This document shows, piece by piece, positions 45,116 through 53,980 of a stretch of 64,000 bases of DNA. Numbering within the stretch: position 1 is the stretch's first letter; each line of letters starts with the position of its first letter. The translations under genes were made by a program, and so were the position numbers. This DNA comes from a virus (Duplodnaviria; Caudoviricetes): the IMG/VR virus record IMGVR_UViG_3300028601_000020. The stretch is one strand, 5' to 3'. The notes beneath the pieces are model-generated. The model was not told where the DNA came from and made no database searches. It saw only the letters and a list, made by a program, of their open reading frames with translations.

Positions 45116-46063
45116 TTGAAAATAGGAATTTTTCACTATGATTTAGACGGAGTTTCTTGTGCCATCGTATTAAACAAAGTTTTTGAATTTGATCAGATTT
45201 TAAGGGGAGGATACGGTCGTATTCCAGAATTGATTGACCAGATTCCTGATGATGCTTCCATTATTGTCTCTGATTTAGTCATTTCAGAAAGTGATTATGA
45301 AAAACTTTTAGACAAGTCTAAAGGAAAATTGATAATCATTGACCATCATCCTGAAACCAATAAGCTCAAAGAAAAATATCCAAAGCATCCAATTTATTAC
45401 GCAGAAGACAAAGCAGGAGTAATGCTCTGTTATGAATTACTGCAAAAGAAAGGAATGAAATTTTCGCTTGACATGTATGAGTTATCAAGATATGCTAACG
45501 CATACGATTTGTTTAAGCGTAAAGAAGAGAAAGCATTATTCACTGAAGGGTTTAACTTGAATCTTCTTTTCTGGAAATATCATTTTGATGCTTTTTTTGA
45601 TCGTTTTCAGCACGGATTTGATGGATACACCGAAGAGGAACTTAAATTTATCGGATATTCGCGGAAGATGCAGAAAGAAATGTTAGAATCCGCAAACTAT
45701 CACGAATTTTTGGGGAACAATTCAAAAGCTCTTGTTTCTGTTCTTGACAATTCTTCAATAATCAATGAAGTTCCTTACTATAAGACTGGATATGATGTTT
45801 ATTTTATGATCACCAAGTTCAAAAATAACATTAATATCAGTGTCCGGGCAGGAGATAACGGCCTCATTATAAATTCTCCATGCAAAGAAATTGAAAAATC
45901 AAAATACGTTTCAAGCGCAGGCGGACATCCTCAAGCGTGTGGAATTACAGTTGACGCGGACACTCCTGATGAAGCTCTAACCCGAATTATTTTGACTTAT
46001 TATAAACTATTAGAGGAAACGAATGCCGATATCCTTAACAGAAAAACAAAAAGCCGCAGTTGA
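45116..46063 (+). CDS. DHH-family phosphoesterase
   Basis: HYDLDG, SD, IDHH, SVR, GGHPQACG. Confidence 0.92.
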   Translation: MKIGIFHYDLDGVSCAIVLNKVFEFDQILRGGYGRIPELIDQIPDDASIIVSDLVISESDYEKLLDKSKGKLIIIDHHPETNKLKEKYPKHPIYYAEDKAGVMLCYELLQKKGMKFSLDMYELSRYANAYDLFKRKEEKALFTEGFNLNLLFWKYHFDAFFDRFQHGFDGYTEEELKFIGYSRKMQKEMLESANYHEFLGNNSKALVSVLDNSSIINEVPYYKTGYDVYFMITKFKNNINISVRAGDNGLIINSPCKEIEKSKYVSSAGGHPQACGITVDADTPDEALTRIILTYYKLLEETNADILNRKTKSRS

Positions 46064-46754
46064 AGCAGTTCTGAACTTGATCACTAAAAAGAATCTTGCT
46101 GGAGAGATTCCAGAAGATTCTTGGAAAAAAGCAATCGTTGATTGTGATTTGCGGGTTCCGTGGAAAGTTTTTAAGCCGTATCTTCGTGAAGATAATTCTA
46201 TTTGGTATGAAGACTTTCTGGAACTATGTAAAGAAGCCAACATTGCTTATGTTTCTAATGCTGACATGGATGCTGCTGCTAATACCCTGATTGACGAAAT
46301 GATATCTTCTGATGAAGAATTGAAAGAAGATCAGGAAGATGACCAAGAAGAAACTGAGGACACTGAGGAAATTGATACAACTCCAAAGAAACTTCTGAAA
46401 GATATTGGGATAGATAAATTTCATTATCCGGAAATTGTTCTTGAATCTGATACAGAAGATAAGTATATTAAGTCAAGAAAACGCCACCGGATCAAAGAAC
46501 GAGATCGGTTAAACTTCAATAATCCAATTTACATATTAGAAGTTATTGACTCTTTGAATGAATCAAGCGTTATCGGTGCAACTCTCAGTTTGGTTAATGC
46601 TTGGAAAATGAGAAAGCGAGCATTACACGACCACGGAGATACAGAGTTTGAGGATTTTGAATTTGAACTTGAAACAAAAGGGGCGATTGTGATACGGTCA
46701 GGGCAAATTAAGACTCTCCGTTGTCGTATTCAAAAATTTGAACTTGCGAGGTAA
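46023..46754 (+). CDS. Hypothetical protein with acidic linker
   Basis: 243-aa ORF with GAGG RBS. Confidence 0.75.
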   Translation: MPISLTEKQKAAVEAVLNLITKKNLAGEIPEDSWKKAIVDCDLRVPWKVFKPYLREDNSIWYEDFLELCKEANIAYVSNADMDAAANTLIDEMISSDEELKEDQEDDQEETEDTEEIDTTPKKLLKDIGIDKFHYPEIVLESDTEDKYIKSRKRHRIKERDRLNFNNPIYILEVIDSLNESSVIGATLSLVNAWKMRKRALHDHGDTEFEDFEFELETKGAIVIRSGQIKTLRCRIQKFELAR

Positions 46755-46757
46755 ATA

Positions 46758-47204
46758 ATGGAATTAGACCACACAGATTTTGAAGAAATGAAAGATGCTC
46801 TTTTTTCAGAAATGTATAAAGAATTAGACGCAAAAGATTTTAAAGAATTATTTAAACATGGTTTTGTGTTTGGTTCTGCTGTTTTTGGTGATAAAAAAAC
46901 AGCAAAAGATTATGATATTGCCGTGTATTTTGAAAGCCGGTCTTTTATTCAAGACTTATTGGACGAAAAGAAAATTATTTACACAAACGGTTATAACAGT
47001 GACGATTACTTTGGATGTTTTTATGGAAAATGTCGCGGTGTTGTCGTTAATATTCTTGAATTTTATACAAAAGAGCGATTTGAAAAATATATGAAAGCAA
47101 CAGAAATAATGACATATCTATATAAACACGATGGGTTTAAACCCCGGATGAATGATAAGCGTTTTCGGGTTCGTTTGTTTGAATTTTTTGTTGACGAATT
47201 ATAA
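46758..47204 (+). CDS. Minimal nucleotidyltransferase-like protein
   Basis: VFGS...KDYDIAV motif. Confidence 0.6.
   Translation: MELDHTDFEEMKDALFSEMYKELDAKDFKELFKHGFVFGSAVFGDKKTAKDYDIAVYFESRSFIQDLLDEKKIIYTNGYNSDDYFGCFYGKCRGVVVNILEFYTKERFEKYMKATEIMTYLYKHDGFKPRMNDKRFRVRLFEFFVDEL
47145..47198 (+). repeat. 54-bp identical direct repeat, left flank of the glycosyltransferase cassette
   Basis: Identical to 48892-48945. Confidence 0.95.
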
Positions 47205-47222
47205 AAAACAAAAGAAAGTGGA

Positions 47223-47519
47223 ATGAAAAAAACACAAAAAAGTTCTTATAATAATTCTCTTGACTCGTTTGTTGATATTCAGAACGAGAGTGATGATTGG
47301 GAAAATCTGTGGGTGAATATGCCCGAGTATATTCAAGACGACGAGAAAAAATATTCTTGTCTTCAGGTTCATTTTAAAACAAAAGATGATTTTGATGATT
47401 TTGTGCAAAAGATGAATCAACCGCTAACCGAAAAAACTAAGTCAATTTGGATTCCAGAAAGAAAAAAAGAACAAAATAGGCTATTTAGGTGGGTAGAGAG
47501 AAATGAAAACAAAACCTGA
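47223..47519 (+). CDS. Small protein associated with the glycosyltransferase (paralog 1)
   Basis: WVNMPEY...VHFKTKDDFDDF...Q.LT..TKSIW. Confidence 0.75.
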   Translation: MKKTQKSSYNNSLDSFVDIQNESDDWENLWVNMPEYIQDDEKKYSCLQVHFKTKDDFDDFVQKMNQPLTEKTKSIWIPERKKEQNRLFRWVERNENKT

Positions 47520-47835
47520 CATGAATCCAATGTATGAAAACTGTATGGACTTGCTTGGTGACGAACACGAAAAAACAACCCTTGAGGGTTTTGTTGAAAT
47601 ACAGTCTAAAAATGATACTGACCTAAAAATTATCTGGGATGAGATTTCTGATATTGTAAAAGATAGTGACAAGAAATATAAAAGTTTGTGTGTTCATTTT
47701 GAGACGAAAAAGGACATGGAAGATTTTTCAAAATCAATTAACCAAAAGATCAATAAATCATCCAAAGAAATGTGGTACACAAAAAACAAACAAGAAAATA
47801 ATTCAATTTTAGAGGATTTTTTAGGTGCTGATTAA
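47503..47835 (+). CDS. Small protein associated with the glycosyltransferase (paralog 2)
   Basis: VHFETKKDMEDF...NQKI...SKEMW, similar to paralog 1. Confidence 0.7.
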   Translation: MKTKPDMNPMYENCMDLLGDEHEKTTLEGFVEIQSKNDTDLKIIWDEISDIVKDSDKKYKSLCVHFETKKDMEDFSKSINQKINKSSKEMWYTKNKQENNSILEDFLGAD

Positions 47836-48856
47836 TTCAAAATTCACAAATCCAAAATATCCAGTTTACATTATTTCCAAAAATAGAGCAGATTCAATGC
47901 TTACCTCAAGGGCACTTGCACGAATGAGAATTCCTCATTTTATAGCAATTGAGCCTTTTAATCTCAAAGAGTATGATGAGGCATTAGACAATTTTGATAT
48001 AAGAAAATATGTTACTCTTTTGGTTCTTCCTTTTGAGAATCACGGCGATGGTCCCGGAAGAGCAAGAAATTGGTGCTGGGATCATTCAATCTCTGTTGGT
48101 GCAGAAAAACACTGGGTCATGGATGATAATATCCATGATTTTTATCGTCTTCATAATAACACACGATACAGAGTTGAAACAGGTGCTTTGTTTAGGGCGG
48201 CAGAAGATTTTGTTGATAGATTTGAAAATGTTCCTGTGTCTGGGTTAAATTATAAATTTTTTTGCCCCAAAGGCCAAAAAAGGCCGCCGTTCGTCAAAAA
48301 CACAAGGATTTATTCGTGTTTGCTGATCAGCAACGATTGCAAATACAGATGGAGAGGCAGATACAACGAGGACACCGATCTTTCATTAAGGATATTAAAA
48401 GACGGTGATTGTACGATTCAGTTTAATTTTTTTCTTCAAGATAAAGCAGCTACACAAACCCTGGGAGGAGGAAACACCGAAGAATTTTATGCAAAGGAAC
48501 TTGCCGATGTGCTTGATGATGACAAGAAAGGTGAATTGTCTACCATGCTGAAAGATAAATTCATTCAACATTTGAACCCCACGGGCACAAAAAACAAGAC
48601 CGAAATGTTGGTAAGAATGCATCCTGACGTGACGAAATCAGTATGGAGATACGGCCGCATTCATCATTTCGTGGACTATACTCCATTCAAGAAAAACAAA
48701 CTTAAATTGAAAGATGGATTGAATATTCCAAAGACAGTAAATAACTATGGATTGTCTCTTGTTAAATTCAAAGACTACGAAGAACTAGAATTGTATTTAA
48801 AAACTAAAGCTGATTTGCCCGCCCTGGAGAACAATATAAAAAAGAAACCGAAATGA
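47825..48856 (+). CDS. GT-A glycosyltransferase (TET-associated / GREB1-like family)
   Basis: YPVYIISKNR, GPGRARNW, HWVMDDNI, RIYSC, WRGRYNEDTDLSLR, GGNT, HHFVDY. Confidence 0.8.
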   Translation: MLINSKFTNPKYPVYIISKNRADSMLTSRALARMRIPHFIAIEPFNLKEYDEALDNFDIRKYVTLLVLPFENHGDGPGRARNWCWDHSISVGAEKHWVMDDNIHDFYRLHNNTRYRVETGALFRAAEDFVDRFENVPVSGLNYKFFCPKGQKRPPFVKNTRIYSCLLISNDCKYRWRGRYNEDTDLSLRILKDGDCTIQFNFFLQDKAATQTLGGGNTEEFYAKELADVLDDDKKGELSTMLKDKFIQHLNPTGTKNKTEMLVRMHPDVTKSVWRYGRIHHFVDYTPFKKNKLKLKDGLNIPKTVNNYGLSLVKFKDYEELELYLKTKADLPALENNIKKKPK

Positions 48857-48891
48857 TGAAATATCTTTATAAAAATAATGACATCAAACCA

Positions 48892-48945
48892 CGGATGAAT
48901 GATAAGCGTTTTCGGGTTCGTTTGTTTGAATTTTTTGTTGACGAA
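48892..48945 (+). repeat. 54-bp direct repeat, right flank; contains the -35 box of the next promoter
   Basis: Identical to 47145-47198; TTGACG followed by TATAAT at 48960. Confidence 0.95.
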
Positions 48946-49007
48946 CTCTAAAAATCAGTTATAATAAAAGAATAAAACGTTTTCAACTCAAATACAAAGG
49001 AGAAATT

Positions 49008-49202
49008 ATGTCAACTGCATCCTCGTCGTCTTCTAGTGGTATTGGTTTTACTGGTCTTCTGACCATCGCATTCATCGTGCTTAAATTGACTGGGCATATT
49101 ACATGGTCTTGGTTGTGGGTACTTTCGCCAATCTGGATTTCTATCTGTATTGCAATCGTGTTTCTTATTGGATTTGGTATTTACATTTGGAGTAATAACT
49201 GA
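49008..49202 (+). CDS. Small membrane protein
   Basis: GIGFTGLLTIAFIVLKLTGHITWSWLWVLSPIW. Confidence 0.8.
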   Translation: MSTASSSSSSGIGFTGLLTIAFIVLKLTGHITWSWLWVLSPIWISICIAIVFLIGFGIYIWSNN

Positions 49203-49630
49203 TGTATAAAGTTAGAAAGTTGTTCAAATTTGAAGCTGCTCATGTTCTGGAAAGTAGTTATTCGCTTGATTGTCAGAACATTCATGGGCATTCGTATGAA
49301 GTTGAAGTTATCCTCAAAAGTAAAAAGCTGAATAAAGATGGAATGGTTTGTGATTTTGGAGAACTGAAGGATATTATCTCTTCTATTTTCATGGAATTTG
49401 ATCATTCTGTTATTGTTCCCGAATCCTTGTCGGAACATATTGTCAATACGGCATTCGTCAAACATGCCATCATCGTTAAGTATAATCCGACAGCGGAAAA
49501 TATGGCAAAATATTTCTATGATCTAATTGAAGATGAAATGTTGGTTTATGGGTTTGAAGATGTTAAAATTCACAAAGTAATTGTTCACGAAACAAAAACG
49601 GACTGGGCCTCGTATCAGGAGAGTAAGTAA
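49202..49630 (+). CDS. queD: 6-carboxy-5,6,7,8-tetrahydropterin synthase
   Basis: FEAAH...CQNIHGHSY, GMVCDF, FDHS, NPTAENMA, VHET. Confidence 0.93.
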   Translation: MYKVRKLFKFEAAHVLESSYSLDCQNIHGHSYEVEVILKSKKLNKDGMVCDFGELKDIISSIFMEFDHSVIVPESLSEHIVNTAFVKHAIIVKYNPTAENMAKYFYDLIEDEMLVYGFEDVKIHKVIVHETKTDWASYQESK

Positions 49631-50292
49631 TGTTGATTAATGAATCGTTTGTGTCTTATCAGGGTGAAGGACGATATTCAGGAAAGAAAACTCTTTTTGT
49701 TCGTCTTCAAGGATGCAATTTCCGATGCGTCTGGTGTGACACACCGGATGCTCTAAGTAAAGATGGTGGATCTGAAGTTGTAAATGATGAACTGGTAAAA
49801 AGGATCAATAAAGCAGAAGTGAACAATATTGTCTTCACTGGAGGCGAGCCTCTGTTGCAATATAAGGATCTTTTGTGTGTTATTCGGAAAATTGCTTCTG
49901 AAATCAAATACGAAAACCCGACAATTGAAATTGAAACAAACGGGACCATCCATCCTAAAGACTTGGTTTTTCAAACGGTCCATTTCAATGTGAGTCCGAA
50001 GCTGGAACATTCAGGAATGAAACGCTCTTCTGTCTTCAATGAACTTATTGCTGAATATGAAAAAAGCACGATCCGCCCTGATTACAAGTTTGTGGTTGAC
50101 CTAAATAGTGATAAACCGCTTGCGGAAGTTTTTAATTTTTACTATGATTTTGACATTCCGCCTGATCGTATTTGGTTGATGCCTCTTGGTACAGTAAATT
50201 ATGAAATTATTGAAAATGTGACAAAACTAATGCGAATGGATCACCCGTTTAATGTTTCGTCAAGAAACCATATCATCTACGGAGTAAAGTAA
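49630..50292 (+). CDS. queE: 7-carboxy-7-deazaguanine synthase (radical SAM)
   Basis: SYQGEG...FVRLQGCNFRCVWCDT, TGGEPLLQ, IETNG, VSPK. Confidence 0.93.
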   Translation: MLINESFVSYQGEGRYSGKKTLFVRLQGCNFRCVWCDTPDALSKDGGSEVVNDELVKRINKAEVNNIVFTGGEPLLQYKDLLCVIRKIASEIKYENPTIEIETNGTIHPKDLVFQTVHFNVSPKLEHSGMKRSSVFNELIAEYEKSTIRPDYKFVVDLNSDKPLAEVFNFYYDFDIPPDRIWLMPLGTVNYEIIENVTKLMRMDHPFNVSSRNHIIYGVK

Positions 50293-50657
50293 TGGACCCA
50301 GAAATCACGCTTAAAGAAATAAAGTCGCAAATTTTTGTAAAAACTTCATTTGAAGGATATCATCGTTATCTTGATGCTCCTGATGAAGTTTTTTATCTGA
50401 GGTCATTTCATCGTCATATTTTTCATGTAACAGTGATAATTGATGTTTTTCATAATGACAGAGACATAGAATTTCATTTGTTCAAGAAATTTGTAAACGG
50501 AATTATCAAAGATAATGATTTTGATTGTAAATCGTGTGAAGCAATTATTGATGATCTTGCCGAAGCAATTGCGTTGAAGTATCCTAATCGTGGGATGACC
50601 ATTTCTGTTTCTGAAGACGGTGAAAATGGTGCAATCAAAACTTTTGTTGCGGAGTAA
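50292..50657 (+). CDS. QueD-like / T-fold protein
   Basis: FEGYH...HRHIFH...DIEF...SCE...VSEDGENG; coupled to queE. Confidence 0.65.
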   Translation: MDPEITLKEIKSQIFVKTSFEGYHRYLDAPDEVFYLRSFHRHIFHVTVIIDVFHNDRDIEFHLFKKFVNGIIKDNDFDCKSCEAIIDDLAEAIALKYPNRGMTISVSEDGENGAIKTFVAE

Positions 50658-50785
50658 CATACAAGAAAATCAAATACGCTACTTCAGGATTTCGTTTGAT
50701 AAAGGCTCTAGAAAATTTGATGAATATGAAAGTATAAATACATATACAAAAGATGTTTTGGAATAAATCTACACCATAAAGGAAC

Positions 50786-51702
50786 ATGAAATCATTTAAC
50801 GAATTTAACGAATACTTGCTTGAAAAACTTATTACTTTTGGTGGCAAAGCATACCCAAAATTTGGTAATGTTGTCATTCTTGCTGGTGGTGGTGGCTCCG
50901 GAAAGGGTTTATACAGTCACAGCTAATGGGAATTCAAGGAAAGACGTTTGATGTTGACGCTTTGAAAAGCCTTGCAGTCAAAAGCGAAAAAATCGCCCAA
51001 AGAGTCAAGAAAGAACTTGGTGTTGATCTTAGTCAGTTCAATGTCAAAGGCGCGCTAAAAAATCCCGAAACCGTTTCATTGCTTCATGGTATTATTGGTG
51101 ACGAATTGAAGCTCCCGGATAAAGAAAAACGGGCTTTTTTCTCTTCAATTATGACAGCCGACCCTGAAAGAAAACCTAACGTTATTTTTGACGTAACACT
51201 AAAGTCTCTTCAAAAGTTTGACAATCTAATTTCAAATGTTACCCGTCTTGGATACGACAAGAAAAACATTCATCTTGTGTGGATCATCAATGATATTGAA
51301 ATTGCTCTGAAACAAAACGCAGAACGTGACCGTTTTGTTAAACCCGAAATTCTGATTAACACCCATGTTGGTGCCCAACAAACCGTTGCTGATGTTATTA
51401 AACTTGGAAATAAGTTGAAATCTTATATGGACGGTGATATAGTATTTGCGTTCAATAAAGTCGGGGTTGACACCACACTTATCAAGTCACCGAAAAAAGA
51501 AACAGATTTCAAATTCTTGACAACGAAAAACAAGAAAGGCGAAACCGTTAAAGTTGATGTGTCTGGTGGCGGTGGATATTTGAAGGACGCCAATTTCTTT
51601 TATATCAAACGTGCTGGAAAAGCGGTAATGAATTTTGATGACATTGATAAAGACATTCGAGCAAAAATAAGAGACTATGTTCCCAAAGGAGCAGAGTGGT
51701 AA
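50786..51702 (+). CDS. Zeta-toxin-like P-loop kinase, split by a -1 frameshift at 50905-50911
   Basis: LAGGGGSGKG Walker A in frame 0, continuing in the -1 frame as FIQSQLMGIQGKTFDVD...NVIFDVT...NAERDR. Confidence 0.7.
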
Positions 51703-51754
51703 TTCTTTAATACATTAAAAATCATTCTAAAAATCAAAATAAGGAAAAAATAAA

Positions 51755-52273
51755 ATGCCAGTTTCACGAATTAATCCTTCATCTTGGATGTATACTGACG
51801 GTAATGGTAAAGTTCAGTCAGATGATGTTGTTAAAGCAGCGGGCGGATGGTATAAAGTTCATCCGAATGGTTACAGAGAACTCATTCATTGTCTGAAAGA
51901 TATTGGAAATGCTGCTCCTACAATTGCGCTTATCACGAATCCAGCGGATGGTGATTATACAGAACTTGATCCGATTTCGCTTGTAATTGAGTTCTCCGAA
52001 CTTGTCAACGTTGTTACTACGGGTGGCACTCCGTATGTTTATTTGACAGATCCAGTTTCTGGTGCTACAGTAGAACTTGATTATGCTTCTGGAACAGGAA
52101 CAGACACCTTAACCTTTACAGGTGCAATGACAGACGTTGTGGCAGAATCTCTTCTTTTCTACCCTGAAATTCAACTTAATGGTGGAACTATCCTTGATGC
52201 AACATTGAATCCGATTGACAATGATTTCCCTTCAACTTATGAACAACCCGTAATTTCTGCAAATCAAGCATAA
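51755..52273 (+). CDS. Putative virion structural or decoration protein (beta-rich)
   Basis: FSELVNV..GGTP...YASGTGTDTLTF...LNGGTI pattern. Confidence 0.6.
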   Translation: MPVSRINPSSWMYTDGNGKVQSDDVVKAAGGWYKVHPNGYRELIHCLKDIGNAAPTIALITNPADGDYTELDPISLVIEFSELVNVVTTGGTPYVYLTDPVSGATVELDYASGTGTDTLTFTGAMTDVVAESLLFYPEIQLNGGTILDATLNPIDNDFPSTYEQPVISANQA

Positions 52274-52286
52274 TTGAGGACAGTGA

Positions 52287-52664
52287 ATGAAACCTTATAA
52301 GAGCATTACGACACTTCTAAAGGAAGTGAAAGCTCCGAAAATGTTGGCTGCCCATCGGAAGAAGGCTGTTACTGCTGTTCAAAAGGTACTCAAGCCGATT
52401 TATTTTGATCGTATCCCGATTAATGAAATCGCTGATGCACTTGCAAAAGTTGGTGTTGTCATTCTTCAAGAGGACAACACCGAATGGTCAGGAATCTTTG
52501 TTGGTTCGAGTGGTAATGTCACTCTTGCTCTTGGACCAATTGATTCTGGTGAAAAAGTAAACGGACTTATGACGTATCAATCTTACTCAAACGTCATGCT
52601 TGCTCTTCAGTGGTACAAAGAGCCGCCAAGAAAGAAGTTTGAAATAAACGGCTATATCACTTGA
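52287..52664 (+). CDS. Hypothetical protein
   Basis: 125-aa ORF with GAGG RBS. Confidence 0.7.
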   Translation: MKPYKSITTLLKEVKAPKMLAAHRKKAVTAVQKVLKPIYFDRIPINEIADALAKVGVVILQEDNTEWSGIFVGSSGNVTLALGPIDSGEKVNGLMTYQSYSNVMLALQWYKEPPRKKFEINGYIT

Positions 52665-52668
52665 TTTA

Positions 52669-52711
52669 ATGTCCTCCTTTGTTAATAAATACAAAAAACA
52701 AAGGAGGACAT
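52669..52711 (+). promoter_or_regulatory. RBS-sequestering hairpin with late-like AATAAATA in the loop
   Basis: atgtcctcctttgtt / aacaaaggaggacat 15-bp inverted repeat. Confidence 0.7.
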
Positions 52712-52717
52712 ACTTTT

Positions 52718-53080
52718 ATGATATACGATGATTTTTCATTCATACAAACAGCAAAAACCTTTTATGATAATGGTGATTGCAATTCATTAGAAGAATTTGA
52801 AGCTGATATTTCAAGAATTGTTTTTATTGGAAATCATTTCAATAGATTTGATAGACACGGAACAACTAATATTTCTTTGCTGTTGAACCATTTTATTTCT
52901 TTTATTAATTGTTTCGGATTTGTTAGTGAAGAACTATTGAACTACAAATTACCTCACCATTTTGAAAAGATAAATTCATTGTTTGTTTTTATAGGGAATA
53001 AAACATTTGACGGAGAAACAAAAATTGATGAAGAACTTTTTATTGCCCTTCAAATGAACGCAAAAAAGAAAAAAGCATAG
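52718..53080 (+). CDS. Hypothetical protein resembling a conserved T4-like family
   Basis: YDN..C...EEFEAD...LLLNH....NCFG motif. Confidence 0.7.
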   Translation: MIYDDFSFIQTAKTFYDNGDCNSLEEFEADISRIVFIGNHFNRFDRHGTTNISLLLNHFISFINCFGFVSEELLNYKLPHHFEKINSLFVFIGNKTFDGETKIDEELFIALQMNAKKKKA

Positions 53081-53087
53081 GCACTTC

Positions 53088-53840
53088 ATGTCCGCTTCAA
53101 GAGCTATTGATTACTATATGTCTTACCGTTTTATTCGAGAATTAACAAAATCTTGGACACAAATGGAGGCGTATAAACTTGGAATTATTGACGAAAAAGG
53201 AAACATATTAAAAAAGTCAAGAGAGTTGGAATCACAAGACGAACGTGATGCATATACTCCTTTTAATAGAATGGTATGGAATCTCAAAAAGTTACTTGAA
53301 AAACTTGGCGGTAAGTCAAAAATTGTTTCGTATTCAACCGCCGCTTGGATGTTGAAAGAAAACAAAGAGATGGTCCAAATGGAAATTGAAAAGATCCTCA
53401 GTGAAGAGGAAGCAGCAACAAATACTTCATCGGGAGTTGCAGACAAAGACAATCCGTTGTTTGTTGTAAGACGAAAGAAAAAGAAAAAAGAAGAACCCGA
53501 AGAAATCAAAGAAAAAACAGCTTTGTCTTTAAATAAACTTTTACTTGAACTTGATCCTGAAAAACGAATCAAGTCTTTAACTGAAGCAGCAAAAAAACCC
53601 CTTAAAAGACGAAGGAAAGTTGTTCGTAAAGGAAAAGTTAGATATAAAATTTTCTGTGGTCCGGGAAAGAAAGCCGAAGGAAACAGATGTGTAGCAAAAA
53701 CATCTAAAGACAAAATGCGATACAAAAAGTCTGCAAGACTTCGCAAAAAGAAAATGGCCGGAAAATCAAAAACTGCCATTATCAGGAAGGCTTTGAAGTC
53801 AAAGAAAAGAAGAAAAGCCATGGGGTTGAACAGGAAGTAA
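53088..53840 (+). CDS. Hypothetical protein with very basic C-terminus, resembling a conserved T4-like family
   Basis: YRFIRELT..W...AYKLGIIDEKG...AYTPFNRMVWNLKKLL. Confidence 0.75.
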   Translation: MSASRAIDYYMSYRFIRELTKSWTQMEAYKLGIIDEKGNILKKSRELESQDERDAYTPFNRMVWNLKKLLEKLGGKSKIVSYSTAAWMLKENKEMVQMEIEKILSEEEAATNTSSGVADKDNPLFVVRRKKKKKEEPEEIKEKTALSLNKLLLELDPEKRIKSLTEAAKKPLKRRRKVVRKGKVRYKIFCGPGKKAEGNRCVAKTSKDKMRYKKSARLRKKKMAGKSKTAIIRKALKSKKRRKAMGLNRK

Positions 53841-53929
53841 ATTTTTATTTTTCTTTCTTGCTTTTCTGATAAGTATCAATTACAATGAAATAAAAAGTCA
53901 AGGAGGGAATATGTTAAATTCGTTTTACC

Positions 53930-53967
53930 AAAAGCACGGACACCGAAATATATGTCCGTGCTTTTTT
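53930..53967 (+). terminator. Hairpin / terminator
   Basis: aaaaagcacggaca...tgtccgtgcttttt. Confidence 0.65.
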
Positions 53968-53980
53968 ATTGGAAAATGGC

